DNA of 35,504 nt from Octopus bimaculoides (taxonomy: Eukaryota). How positions within the stretch are numbered: the stretch's first letter is position 1; each line of letters begins with the position of its first letter. Both the position numbers and the translations under genes were made by a program. Shown here piece after piece: positions 22,367-35,504 of this stretch. The notes below the pieces were generated by a model that ran no database searches, was not told where the DNA came from, and saw only the letters and a list, made by a program, of their open reading frames with translations. The stretch lies in contig NC_068999.1 of assembly GCF_001194135.2 (NCBI RefSeq), positions 4,669,346-4,704,849 on the forward strand, written 5' to 3'.

Positions 22367-23333
22367 NNNNNNNNNNNNNNNNNNNNNNNNNNNNNNNNNN
22401 NNNNNNNNNNNNNNNNNNNNNNNNNNNNNNNNNNNNNNNNNNNNNNNNNNNNNNNNNNNNNNNNNNNNNNNNNNNNNNNNNNNNNNNNNNNNNNNNNNNN
22501 NNNNNNNNNNNNNNNNNNNNNNNNNNNNNNNNNNNNNNNNNNNNNNNNNNNNNNNNNNNNNNNNNNNNNNNNNNNNNNNNNNNNNNNNNNNNNNNNNNNN
22601 NNNNNNNNNNNNNNNNNNNNNNNNNNNNNNNNNNNNNNNNNNNNNNNNNNNNNNNNNNNNNNNNNNNNNNNNNNNNNNNNNNNNNNNNNNNNNNNNNNNN
22701 NNNNNNNNNNNNNNNNNNNNNNNNNNNNNNNNNNNNNNNNNNNNNNNNNNNNNNNNNNNNNNNNNNNNNNNNNNNNNNNNNNNNNNNNNNNNNNNNNNNN
22801 NNNNNNNNNNNNNNNNNNNNNNNNNNNNNNNNNNNNNNNNNNNNNNNNNNNNNNNNNNNNNNNNNNNNNNNNNNNNNNNNNNNNNNNNNNNNNNNNNNNN
22901 NNNNNNNNNNNNNNNNNNNNNNNNNNNNNNNNNNNNNNNNNNNNNNNNNNNNNNNNNNNNNNNNNNNNNNNNNNNNNNNNNNNNNNNNNNNNNNNNNNNN
23001 NNNNNNNNNNNNNNNNNNNNNNNNNNNNNNNNNNNNNNNNNNNNNNNNNNNNNNNNNNNNNNNNNNNNNNNNNNNNNNNNNNNNNNNNNNNNNNNNNNNN
23101 NNNNNNNNNNNNNNNNNNNNNNNNNNNNNNNNNNNNNNNNNNNNNNNNNNNNNNNNNNNNNNNNNNNNNNNNNNNNNNNNNNNNNNNNNNNNNNNNNNNN
23201 NNNNNNNNNNNNNNNNNNNNNNNNNNNNNNNNNNNNNNNNNNNNNNNNNNNNNNNNNNNNNNNNNNNNNNNNNNNNNNNNNNNNNNNNNNNNNNNNNNNN
23301 NNNNNNNNNNNNNNNNNNNNNNNNNNNNNNNNN
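22367..23333. other. Largest assembly gap; others at 2354, 2940, 3955, 7892, 10118, 10862, 11939, 20133, 21082, 23837, 25406, 26203
   Basis: N runs, mostly flanked by (TA)n or (TG)n. Start coordinate approximate to 1 bp. Confidence 0.95.
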
Positions 23334-23388
<55 letters not shown>

Positions 23389-23668
23389 ATTAAGGGTTCC
23401 ATGACCCAAATATATAAAGAATTGAGGTTACCTATTTTCTTTTCATCCATTTTTTTTCTGGAATTTACTGCAAGTGGGGATTATCGATAACGGATTATCT
23501 CTCTTGCAATATTACTTCGGCGATTAAGCAAAGTACTTCCGGTCTGTTTGTTCCAGCATGGTTTCACGGATTAATACGTCAGGGATATTAATCATAGCAT
23601 CGCAAATATTGGTAGGACGAAGCCTATATACATGTATACTTACTTACGTATATACATGTGAGTATATA

Positions 23669-23702
<34 letters not shown>

Positions 23703-23884
23703 AGGGAGAAAGAGAGAGAAAACAAAATGTTCAGGTAATTTATGCATGTGTGAGTATGAATCTCTGTCCTTGTAACCGTTGTATGCTTAAGTATACATAC
23801 ATACACACATACATACATACATACATACATACATACNNNNNNNNNNTATATATATACACACATAAACATATATTACATGGTGGT

Positions 23885-23912
23885 GACGATGATGATGATG
23901 ATGATGAGAATA

Positions 23913-23970
<58 letters not shown>

Positions 23971-24316
23971 GAATGGTGAAGATGACGAAAGAAAGGAATA
24001 AACAAGAGAGAAAGAAAAAAAATTGAAAACGAAACAGACGACAGACACAGAGGGAAGTGAATGAGGGAATGAAGGAATGAAGGAATGAAAGAATGAAGGA
24101 ATGGAGGAATGAAGGAATGAAGGAATGAAAGATTTTAGAAGAAGAAGAAGACGAAGAAGAAGACGAAGAAGAAGAAGAAGAAGAAGAAGAAGAAGAAGAA
24201 AAAGAAGAAGAAGAAGAAGAAGAAGAAGAAGAAGAAGAAGAAGAAGAAGAAGAAGAAGAAGAAGAAGAAGAAGAAGAAGAAGAAGAAGAAGAAGAAGAAG
24301 AAGAAGAAGAAGAAGA
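23885..24316. repeat. Purine-rich compound tract: (GAT)n, (GAAGGAAT)n, then ~60 x GAA
   Basis: GAA run 24137-24316 with only two GAC and one AAA interruptions. Confidence 0.95.
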
Positions 24317-25683
24317 TTTATTGAATCCTTCTAGACTGAATTATTGATAAACAGTAGAAAGACTTATTAACAACAACATCAACACAAGCACCACCACCAA
24401 CAACAACATCAACACAAGCACCACCAACAACAACAACATCAACACCAACAACAGTTAATACTTAAAGAGAAATCTAGCGAAAAAATAGGAGAAAAAATGA
24501 TATTTAGAATAAAAAAAAACTGCTGCGAATTTAGGAAGAAACAATATAAATGGTTGGAGAGGCTGAGATGGGTTGGTCACCATATGGATTGGTGCAGTAG
24601 TTGTTGGTGATGGCGGAAATGGTAGATTCTATTATTGATTTTGACTTCATTTCTTCTAATTGTAAAGTTTTTTCCCGCTCTTTCGTTCGTGTTACTGTTA
24701 CATATGATATAAACATACTCACACGCACGCACGCGCGCGCGTGCGGACGCTCACCAAACAAATGTGTATGTATATGTATATGAATTTACTTACATACTTA
24801 TACATGTGTGTGCGTGCGTATGCGTGAGTGTCAATATGTCTGCATGCATGCATCTATACATATATACGTACATACGTACGTATATAGGTATATATTAGCT
24901 TTTTTTTCATATCGGAAATCACTCAAAATAATGAACAGTAAATCAAGTAATTGATTTACAGTTCTATGTATATATATATAATGTATATATACATACATAT
25001 ATATAAATATATATATATGTACACATACACACATTATATATACATCCATACATATATATATGTATATATAATCAAAAAGACGGAGAAAAAAAAGGAGAAA
25101 AAACAACAACGCGAGGATGTGGTACATGCAAAGTATTAATAAGACGCTGAGGGAAGGAAAGAAATGCTGTTTTACGTTTCGAGCAAAACTCTTCTTCAGA
25201 AACATAGAAAAGTTCAAACAGGAAAGTGACGCTGAATGTATATTGTAATGTGGTGATTGACGATTTAAAGTCTATTCTCAGCATATTGACATAGAAGCTT
25301 TTTTCTTTTGCCTTTGTTTATAATTGTTTATAATTTTCACCTTTAAAGGTATTTTAATATGCTGGCTACTTGGATGAAATTTGTTTTGGAAAAAGTTTTA
25401 TCCTANNNNNNNNNNNNNNNNNNNNNNNNNNNNNNNNNNNNNNNNNNNNNNNNNNNNNNNNNNNNNNNNNNNNNNNNNNNNNNNNNNNNNNNNNNNNNNN
25501 NNNNNNNNNNNNNNNNNNNNNNNNNNNNNNNNNNNNNNNNNNNNNNNNNNNNNNNNNNNNNNNNNNNNNNNNNNNNNNNNNNNNNNNNNNNNNNNNNNNN
25601 NNNNNNNNNNNNNNNNNNNNNNNNNNNNNNNNNNNNNNNNNNNNNNNNNNNNNNNNNNNNNNNNNNNNNNNNNNNNNNNNNNN

Positions 25684-25720
<37 letters not shown>

Positions 25721-25799
25721 ATATATAGATGTGTGCCCCAGCTGGAGTCTAGTAAAACAGACGTAAAATATGTCTTTAGATGAGTCGCAGAGAATCCTG

Positions 25800-26185
25800 C
25801 ATTGTTTTGTTTCCTTAGAAGCTATAATTGTTGTTATTGTTGCTGAACAGACTTATGATCAAAGGCGTCTCATATGTGACCATCCTGTCTTCCTGTATAT
25901 CAGGTATAATACTGACAGAGGTATCCTCCTTCAATTTAAATATCATTGTATGATTTATCGATAAATCTGGTGTCTATTTCCAGCACGCCAAGCGGCCATA
26001 TTGTCTGGTCATGTGGTGCTTGTAGCGTCCGGCAGCGAACCGTTATGGCTAGCAGAAACATTGCTAGAGCCAAGATTCTCGTATATTTTGGTACTTCAGA
26101 ACATTTATCTGAGGTCTTTGAAATGTCAAGACATTTTGGCATCAGAAAAGACCAAAGCAAGAATCCTCTTCTTCGCAACTTCCAC
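25800..26185 (-). pseudogene. Possible Gypsy-type aspartic protease relic
   Basis: VEVAKKRILALVFSDAKMS resembles V.V.G..V.ALVDSGA..S, and TLQAPHDQTIWPLGVLEID in another frame resembles the flap region. Catalytic motif degraded, many stops. Confidence 0.3.
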
Positions 26186-27002
26186 CCACTACGACATCAT
26201 ACNNNNNNNNNNNNNNNNNNNNNNNNNNNNNNNNNNNNNNNNNNNNNNNNNNNNNNNNNNNNNNNNNNNNNNNNNNNNNNNNNNNNNNNNNNNNNNNNNN
26301 NNNNNNNNNNNNNNNNNNNNNNNNNNNNNNNNNNNNNNNNNNNNNNNNNNNNNNNNNNNNNNNNNNNNNNNNNNNNNNNNNNNNNNNNNNNNNNNNNNNN
26401 NNNNNNNNNNNNNNNNNNNNNNNNNNNNNNNNNNNNNNNNNNNNNNNNNNNNNNNNNNNNNNNNNNNNNNNNNNNNNNNNNNNNNNNNNNNNNNNNNNNN
26501 NNNNNNNNNNNNNNNNNNNNNNNNNNNNNNNNNNNNNNNNNNNNNNNNNNNNNNNNNNNNNNNNNNNNNNNNNNNNNNNNNNNNNNNNNNNNNNNNNNNN
26601 NNNNNNNNNNNNNNNNNNNNNNNNNNNNNNNNNNNNNNNNNNNNNNNNNNNNNNNNNNNNNNNNNNNNNNNNNNNNNNNNNNNNNNNNNNNNNNNNNNNN
26701 NNNNNNNNNNNNNNNNNNNNNNNNNNNNNNNNNNNNNNNNNNNNNNNNNNNNNNNNNNNNNNNNNNNNNNNNNNNNNNNNNNNNNNNNNNNNNNNNNNNN
26801 NNNNNNNNNNNNNNNNNNNNNNNNNNNNNNNNNNNNNNNNNNNNNNNNNNNNNNNNNNNNNNNNNNNNNNNNNNNNNNNNNNNNNNNNNNNNNNNNNNNN
26901 NNNNNNNNNNNNNNNNNNNNNNNNNNNNNNNNNNNNNNNNNNNNNNNNNNNNNNNNNNNNNNNNNNNNNNNNNNNNNNNNNNNNNNNNNNNNNNNNNNNN
27001 NN

Positions 27003-27041
<39 letters not shown>

Positions 27042-27685
27042 TATGAGTTGATATGAAAAGATATATGATATGATAGGATATGATATATGTTGCACTAATT
27101 TTGGATGCAGTGTGAAATACGTAAATAATTTCATTGAAGCTGGGGAGGCAATAAAAATATTTTATGTAAATTAATCTGGCGAATTGTCAAAACCGTCACT
27201 CATGTATACTTGTGTACGTATGTATATATAGATATGTATGTAATCGTGCACATACAGAATATATATATATGTATGTGTATGTGCGCGTGCACGTATGTGT
27301 TTGTAAGTGTGCATGTATGTACACACGCACACACACATACACACACAGAAAGTTATTTAATTTAAGTCTACTAATTTAAGCGGTCAAACTTTGAGACATT
27401 GCTTTTGTGTGGTGGTTAGAGTTTACAACAGTTCACAACAGCTAGAGTTTACAACAGGTGCACCATTCCAATCCTGCAGCTGATATTACGAAGCTTCCAG
27501 TGTTCTTTCCGTTTATGTGTGTGTAACATTTGACATTATGTAGGATGCAATCTACCCCAGCATAAGCTAAAACGATTTAATCTACTCTGCAATCGTAAAA
27601 CAGCTCTATCCATTCTAACCGACATATTATTTACTACATCAGATAAAGTTTGCACTACGTAAAATGTACTTCACAACGTCTCTTC

Positions 27686-27883
27686 GGAGGCGAGCTGGCA
27701 GAATCGTTGGCGCCCTGGGCAAAATGCTTAGCGGCATTTCGTCCGTCTTTACGCCCTTAGTTCAAATTACACGCAGGTCCGCTTTGCCTTTCATCCTTTC
27801 AGGGGTCGAGCACTGGGGTCAATGTAATGCAGTAGACCCCTTTCCTGAAATTGCTGATTGGGCGCTAAACTTTGAAACCAATA
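27686..27883 (+). mobile_element. SINE family B copy with internal deletion
   Basis: GGCGAGCTGGCAGAATCGTTGGCG...AAATGCTTAGCGGCATTTCGTCCGTCTTTACG...CTTTGCCTTTCATCCTTTC; lacks the GATAAA..AAGTACCAG segment. Confidence 0.85.
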
Positions 27884-29205
27884 TACTTCACAACGTTAAC
27901 ATTACGATGTGTGTATGAGTCTGTAGTTGTTAGCAAGAACGGGAGACAATTGAGGCCGTACAGACATCATCGTTCTTGGCGATGTAGCGAAGAGAAAAAT
28001 CACTAACAAACCCTGTACTCTTGTTGGCGTAGAAAGCGCGGAATTTTGAGACAATAATCAAGTTTTAGCGAACTATTCTTTATAAAAAGAAACGCTCATC
28101 AAATTAATGTCATTGTTTTTATGTTGCGGTTGTATTAAAAAGCCGACAGCTGTTTTCTGTTGAGTGTGTTGGTTATGGACGCAGTTCTGTGAAGTATACC
28201 GCACTGTGGTGTCTATTTACGGCTAGGTGGACTGTGTGAAATCCTGGATATGCACACAGCTGATCTTAGTGTTTGTGACAGAATCTAATAAACCAACAAC
28301 AACAGCGAGGTTGGTAATCCAATAATTTATTGATTAGTCCAGATGTGACTCTAAAATATTTGTCAGATATGAAACGACAGTCATTCATTGATCCAACACT
28401 CCAACAATCTACCATTAGAGCATTACAAGGCGATGGATCGATGAATCGATGAGGCTTGACAGTGAAACAGTTCTCCGAACAGAAAGACATTCTAACAAAA
28501 GTAGACGTTTGCGGTGTCAGCTGAAGACTGGGAAGGGAGGGAGGAAAGAAGGAATGAAAGGAGAGCAAAGTTAGGAGAGGAAGAATAGGAGAGTAATGGT
28601 TTGAATGGAGAGGAAGGACAGAGAGAGAGAGAGTGAGAGAGAGGTGTTTTGAATGAACAGGAAAAATGAGAGAATTATGTTATGAATGGAGCAGAGGGTG
28701 AGAGAGGGAGAGAGAGAGAGGGAGAGTAAGGGCTTGAATGAAGAGGAATTATGGGAGAGCAAAGTCATCAATGGAGAGAATAAATGGGACAGTAATTCAT
28801 TGAATGGAGAGCAGGGATTGGAAGGTGAAGTTGGGGGTGTGGTGAGAAGAGGGGGTGCGCAAACATGTGGTTTGGGATTCAGGGATCGGGGAATGGAGTG
28901 TTTTTAGTGGAGATGGCGGAAGGGGATGCGAGAGTAAAGTGCGGTGTGGAGGGTAATAGCGTGGAGAGCAGCGTGTCATGTGGGAATTTGATGAAACAGA
29001 ACTTGGGAGATTATGATTATGCCAATATTATTTTATATCCTTCTTGCACGCCTCTATATCTCTCATATCTACGTAGATATATACATGCAACATAGATGCA
29101 TGAATATGTAAATATATTTATGCATGTGTGTATGCATATGTGTATATGTGTGTATGCATGTATATGTACGTATGTCTGTATACATATGTAGTTATGTGCG
29201 TGTAC

Positions 29206-29249
<44 letters not shown>

Positions 29250-29260
29250 CTGTCTGTCTC

Positions 29261-29319
<59 letters not shown>

Positions 29320-29563
29320 ACACATATAAACATATACAAAGGCATACATTTACACATAAGTAGACACATGCCTACCTTTACATGCAGAAGGCATACATAC
29401 GTATGTCCTTACGTATACACAAATATACGTACAAACCTGCATACATAGGTAGGCTTCGATGCATACACATGCGCACGCATACTAACACACACACAAACAT
29501 ATACAAGATATACCTACAATAATATACACACATAAATCTATACATCCATAAACATGTATTCAT

Positions 29564-29608
<45 letters not shown>

Positions 29609-30127
29609 CATTTATATATACGCATACACAAATATGGGAATACCTATACACAAATACATTCATACAAATTCATACATCCATTAATAAATACCTACACACA
29701 TATATGTATATACATGCATAAATACATACATGTACTTACAGACAGCTGTACGTACGCATATATATATATATATAATTACGTACATGTATGTTCAGATACG
29801 TACATGCATGCCAATGAGCGTGTGCATATATACATAGATGCAGATGCGTGTGTGTGTGCGTGTGGAGGTAGGTAGAAGTATGAATGAATGTAAGTATGTG
29901 TGTTTGTGCGTGCGTGTGTGTGTGCGTGTGCGGAGGGATGGGTGTAGCGGGAAATTAATTTGATCGATTCTTCTAATTGATAATTATAGGAAATATCACA
30001 AGATGAAAGATGAAGGTTGCAGCTGAGTTGTTGGTGGTGATGGTGGTGATGGTGGTGGTGTTATAGAGAGTGGGGAGGGAATTAGATCCCTAATCACCGA
30101 GAAAATAGGGGACATTAGACTATTTAG

Positions 30128-30500
30128 ATGGATATTGTTTTGATATTGTTAATGACGACGACGGCGTCGAAGATGGCGGCGACGATGGTGACGACGATGG
30201 CGATGGCTAATAATGATAATGATGATGATGGTGACTATGATGACGACAGGACAGCGGCAATGACGAGGGCGGGGGGAAGGGGGCTGGCGACTATGTCGAA
30301 TAATATGGTGACAATGACGACGACGACAATGATGAGGATGATGAAGAGGAGAAGGAGGAGGTGGAAGACTATGATGATGATGATGATGATGATGAATGAC
30401 GGTAACAATGATGAAAATAATCTCATTACAAACAGGAATGACAAATCTATCGGCGTCCATAGCAACAACAACAACAACAGCAGCAGCAACAACAGAGAAG
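30128..30500. repeat. Mixed trinucleotide low-complexity tract (GAC/GAT/GGC/CAA)
   Basis: Open in several frames on both strands, typical of cryptic triplet repeats. Confidence 0.75.
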
Positions 30501-30865
30501 GTTCCGAGAAGAAGCTAATTTAAGCCGGAATCGAACTGTCAACACCTGTTATTCCCGTTGAATAAACAGTACCAATATTACACGGTTCAACCCTAACCCT
30601 AGCCCCTTTAGATGTAGAGAGTTTTAAGGTTTTAATTTGGTGAATGAAATAGACGTGGGGAGGAGAGGAGAGAGGGGGGAGTAGGAGAGATTGGGATTGG
30701 GGCCGGGATTTTGTTGACGGAAGTAAATACCCAAGCGAGGTGTACACGGCAGGCTACTCTTTAGGCCAAGGGTATCTTGATTAAATGAGGTCTAGTTTGT
30801 TGTTAGAAGGCCCATGTTGACACACGGAGAATTCGATTAGAATGCGTAGAAAGCTCACTTTGAGT

Positions 30866-31010
30866 AAGGGCTTTTTTTCAGTTCCGTCAACCAAATCCAC
30901 TCACAAAACACGTCTTCTACTATAAGCCCAAGGCTATAATAGAAGACATGCCCCAGGTGCCAGGTAGTGGGACTGAACCTGGTATCATCTGATTAGGAAG
31001 CAAGCTTCTT
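30866..31010 (-). mobile_element. SINE family A copy with internal inverted rearrangement
   Basis: GGGCTTTTTTTCAGTTCCGTCAACCAAATCCACTCACAA...AGTGGGACTGAACCTGG...AAGCAAGCTTCTT. Confidence 0.85.
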
Positions 31011-31924
31011 GTCACGTCTACGGTGACGCATTAAGCAGGGGGGGGGGAGTTGGGCGGCGATGACGCTGCAATGTCTTCAGCCAACACTGCCAGTGTATAT
31101 ATTAAACTTAATTTAACACACAAGACGATTGTAAACTTCTGTTTCTTTTTCTCTTCGCCCCCCCCCTCCCTACGGATAGAGTATATAAAAGATCGTTGTT
31201 CACAGCTGCTGTGTGTGTAGTTTGTTTACCCATTCGTACAAACACACACACACATATATATATAACCTCCACTCCCACCCGGCAAAAAATAACATCCAAC
31301 AGGCTGGGGATCGAACTGCACATCTGTCGCTTGCCAGGCGATCAAAATATCAATTCTATTGAGTGCTTTCAGTCAATTCTGATACGATTAACAAGTTGTG
31401 TGCGTATGTATATGCATATGTATATGTATATGTATATATGCATGCATACTGACATTCGTACTTTAACATACACAATGAACATAGAGAATGGAAGCTGTAA
31501 AATTATATTTAATAGAATGACGTTAACTCTGCCACATAAGTGTCAACTTTGAACGTTTATGTCAAACAGCCCCACACCACCCTGTATTATATGATTTCGA
31601 AATTTAGCCAACCTCCCTTTCTGAATCCAACCGCTTGCATATGTTAATACTCTCTCTTTTGCTCTCTCCCTCCCTCTCGCGCTCTCCCTCACTTACACAC
31701 AAACAGACATATCTCAACTGGTGCTTAGGCACACACGCACGCCCTCTCTCACATACACACGCGCGTACAAACACACACACACATACACACACATATATTC
31801 GCATTTACACACGCATAGATACACGAATACAGTCACAGAAATATAAAGATACTCATTGATATACAAATAGAAAATGAAAGCCATTCTGAAATACACGCTG
31901 AGATTAATATGTGTAACGGAAGTC

Positions 31925-31960
31925 TTCGAGGCGGCGATCTAGTGTAGTCACAAGCCATCG

Positions 31961-32005
<45 letters not shown>

Positions 32006-32416
32006 TTTCTGGGTTCAGTTTCTGGGTTCAGTCCCACATCTTGGGAGGGTTTCTTCTACTATGCCTCAAGGTAGACTAAAACTTTGTGAGTGGAATGTGT
32101 GTGTATTTGTGTGTGTTGTGTATATATGTATATATGTATGTATGTATATATATTGTATATATATGTATATACATATATGTGTGTGGGCGTGTGTGTGTGT
32201 GTGTTTATCTTTGTGTTCGTGTTTGTCCTCCCCACCACCGATTAAAAACCGGTTTTAATATGTTTCCATCCCTGTAACTTTGCGCTTTGGCAATACAGAC
32301 CAATGAAATATGTACCAAGTTTCAAAAAATAATAACTCGGGCGAATTGTTCGACTAAAACTGTTGAGGGCGATGCATCAGCATGGCCGCACTCCAATACT
32401 AAAACAAGTAAAAGAT
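31925..32416 (+). mobile_element. Old, probably full-length family A element: head, (AAT)n, left arm, internal TG/TA microsatellite, right arm
   Basis: GGGTTCAGTCCCAC...TCTTCTACTATGCCTC...CTTTGTGAGTGGA, then microsatellite, then TTTGTCCTCCCCACCAC...TTGTTCGACTAAA...CAGCATGGCCGCA...AAACAAGTAAAAGA. The 5' boundary is uncertain. Confidence 0.7.
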
Positions 32417-33422
32417 TATATATACAGTATATGGTAAATGAAAGATGGAAGATGGAATATACGAGAATTTTCATTATTAATCACGACAATTGTTTCGACA
32501 CATCTAGCACCGATCCCTCACGAGTTGGACACTTAACAACTAGTTGAGGAGCATCCGGCGGTGCAGATGTGTTTCCTCGGGTGATAGATAGATAGATATG
32601 ACTCGTTAAAATAACAGTTCCGCAAGATATCTTCTCATTTCGTAGAAAGAAAAGCAGCGAAACAAAGGAAATATCTTCATTTATATAAGAAGATCAAAAA
32701 TAAAATTACAAATGCAAAAAAGAAACGAACACGCAATACAAGAAAAAGAGTATTAAAAATAACCGTTAACAAATATGGATGTATAAACGCATTCACGCAA
32801 GCTGCATGGCGCATGTACACTCGTTCATACAAGCAACCACGAGAATGTAAGCATACACACATGTGTGGACTGGTGCACGCATGCTCACATAGCGAGTGAA
32901 ATAACTGTTTGGTGTTTATAAGAATGGGGAAGTTAAAGCTAAACTTAATTCAACCATACCTAAATTATATTAAGTTACTCAAATTCATTCTCACTGCATT
33001 GTGCGAAAGTACATTTATATACGTGTAGGCATCGTGAGAGTATTTCAGAAATTCTGTTAATGATCTTCTCATTGGTCCACAGAAGAGACGGGGATTCCTC
33101 GGAGCAGAGAGAGCATCTCCTGAAAGGATATTGTATGGTTTTGCGTGCCTTACTATGGACCAAGTTATGTTGTACTTAATTTTATCTTCCTTCAGTCACT
33201 ATACAAAATCGGCCACAGATGTTGAATGTTTCTTATTGATTCTATTGAAGCTGGCGACATGGCTGCGATAATAAATAAATCAGCTGTCGGCACTTATATA
33301 TATATATAAGTGCATCTATATTTACACATATACGCGCCCGCACACTCACAGAAGATAAATGCAAGTGAATGAATGTGCGCATGCTCTATGTATATGTATA
33401 AGTATGTGTGCATGTGTGTGTG

Positions 33423-33551
<129 letters not shown>

Positions 33552-34283
33552 TGACAGATTGTTTGAAGTGGTGTACAAATTTTATATATCACGAAGACTG
33601 AGGTAGTTAGAATTTTGGATAATTATTTATTTAAGGCTTTCATCTCGTTTCAGAGATTCATCAGGAATTATTTTTTTTTAACAGAAAATTTATGCCTTTT
33701 ATACAGATGTGAGTTAGTTGAAAAAAATCTGGAGTTAAATTGGAAAGAGAGCGTTTTTTTGTTATTTTGAATATCTGCGTTTGTATGTGTATGTTAGTAT
33801 GCGTGTGTAGTGAATTTTTGGAGGCTTGATTAGAAGAAAACAACAAAGAAAACAAAGTAAGAGAAGAATACATACAGACGCGCGCGCACGTCTCTATTTA
33901 TTTCGATCTGCGCGCACGTGTGAATAACCTTTCCCTCACCAACTATATTTCCTGTCATCAATATACTCGTGAATCTAATACACACACATCACATGCTATA
34001 ACACTACAATATTGTATTCTGTACCACACTGCAGTGAATGATATCACGTTAAAATATAACATTCCATATTAATCAGACCAATATTACAACTTACCACATA
34101 ACGCTAAGCATTCAATACAATACAACACACCATTACACCGTATCACACAGCTACACCATACTCTATACACTACAGTACACTAGAGCAGGCTGTAGTACAT
34201 TGTATTCCAACACATAATCCCGGGAGAGACGCTGAACTATACACACATTAATTTTCATCGTCATACACCTACTTACAAAGGTG

Positions 34284-34317
<34 letters not shown>

Positions 34318-34439
34318 CGTGTGCACACATATATACATGCGTATATACGCGCCTATGATCAACCATACATTAACATCACATATATATGTATGTATGCATA
34401 CAGGCATGTATTTATTTGTATATATACGCATTATACCAT

Positions 34440-34497
<58 letters not shown>

Positions 34498-34534
34498 CAT
34501 ACATACATATACACATATATATATATATGTATGA

Positions 34535-34568
<34 letters not shown>

Positions 34569-34635
34569 ACACACGCGCACTCACACAAATGCGACTTTCC
34601 AATCAGGCATGCATAACTACATACGTATGTGCATG

Positions 34636-34666
<31 letters not shown>

Positions 34667-34875
34667 ACGTATACTCATTCATGCAAACCTACGCACACAC
34701 ACACACACATACTCGCACGCATTCGAATCCAAGCCACACCCTGCCCCCGTAAGTCAAATTTCATTAGTTGATTAAATGTTTTCATAATACATTCTATCGG
34801 TCTGATCTGGAAGAATTTTGTCTTTGAGAAATAAACAACAGATTGGAAACGGTTCCATTAAGAAACGGTCGACAT

Positions 34876-35045
34876 AGAGAGAGAGACACAGATAGAGACA
34901 GAGAAAGAGAGTGATATGAGAGAGAAAGAGAGTGATATGAGAGAGAAAGAGACAGAGAGAGAGAGAGAAGAGAGACAGGGATAAAGAGAGAGGGGTGAAA
35001 GATCGAGATAAAGAGAGAGAGAGAGAGAGAGAAAAGAGAGAGGGG
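34876..35045. repeat. (AG)-rich tract with a duplicated GAGAGAAAGAGAGTGATATGA unit
   Basis: Seen directly. Confidence 0.85.
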
Positions 35046-35437
35046 CAAAGAGTGAGGTCAAAGAAATGTGAGAGGGGGAGGGTGCGTTGCACTCCATTTC
35101 CAGAAGATGTAAACAGTTTCTAATAAAATCTTTGGTCTGTCTGTGTGTCGTGTCTAATATTTCGAGTGGTTTATTACACAGACGTCTTCTGGTTCCACAT
35201 GACCACAACAACAGCTATGCATACAATAACATACACGGGATGAGGGGGGAGGGCTCTTTGTGGTTAAACCTGTCCGTCAGCTGCTCTATAGTACCCCACA
35301 CCTACGGGGCTGGGCGGTGAGGACCAAGGTTCACTTGATTTGCTTCTGCATTTATTTCACGAATCTGTTGAAGACGACAACATTTGATCGTGGCAAATCT
35401 AATTCTTAGAGAATTATAATTTCTTTACTCCGATATA

Positions 35438-35440
<3 letters not shown>

Positions 35441-35504
<64 letters not shown>
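35441..35504. repeat. (GT)n microsatellite running to window end
   Basis: Pure run. Confidence 0.95.

Noticed and set aside
23432-23467. 36-nt minus-strand candidate exon (NSRKKMDEKKI)
   Set aside because: Low-complexity A-rich content, modest donor, and not phase-compatible with the 14351-14421 exon in the favoured frame.
28266-28520. 85-aa minus-strand open frame after a pyrimidine tract
   Set aside because: The pyrimidine tract is a simple repeat and the peptide resembles no family I know.
30589-30607. AACCCTAACCCTAGCCCC telomere-like motif
   Set aside because: Only about two units; too short to call an interstitial telomeric repeat.
17-32416. tRNA-like A/B boxes as possible tRNA genes; repeated units as possible CRISPR array
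   Set aside because: No complete cloverleafs, and the boxes belong to SINE heads. The units are long, diverged eukaryotic retroposons with no repeat-spacer structure or cas genes.
33685-33708. 24-nt plus-strand candidate micro-exon with TTTTAACAG and GTGAGT
   Set aside because: No partner exons found on the plus strand; within chance expectation.

Overview
Eukaryotic, AT-rich draft-assembly sequence with 13 N gaps, most abutting microsatellites, and an extreme microsatellite load. The interspersed repeats match what I recall of Octopus genomic repeats, so the source is probably an octopus short-read assembly (inference, not database-checked). No intact protein-coding gene is visible, and nearly all of the supplied ORFs are artefacts of simple repeats or N runs. 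Supported content: (1) many copies of about four tRNA-derived SINE-like families, labelled A-D here, including head-to-tail clusters of family B; (2) decayed transposon coding relics: an R4/Dong-like non-LTR RT with an internal deletion (5165-5965, minus), a Penelope-like element (~17900-19300, plus), a Tc1/mariner 5' fragment (21364-21637) and possibly a Gypsy protease; (3) local oddities: an exact 90-bp duplication 1320 bp apart, several apparent template-switch hairpins inside SINE copies, and a ~60-unit GAA tract; (4) a low-confidence, phase-compatible chain of minus-strand candidate exons spelling a possible ubiquitin-like/RA-type domain, which would make the window mostly intronic. I found no convincing evidence of a wholly new biological system; the findings are leads, several of them weak.
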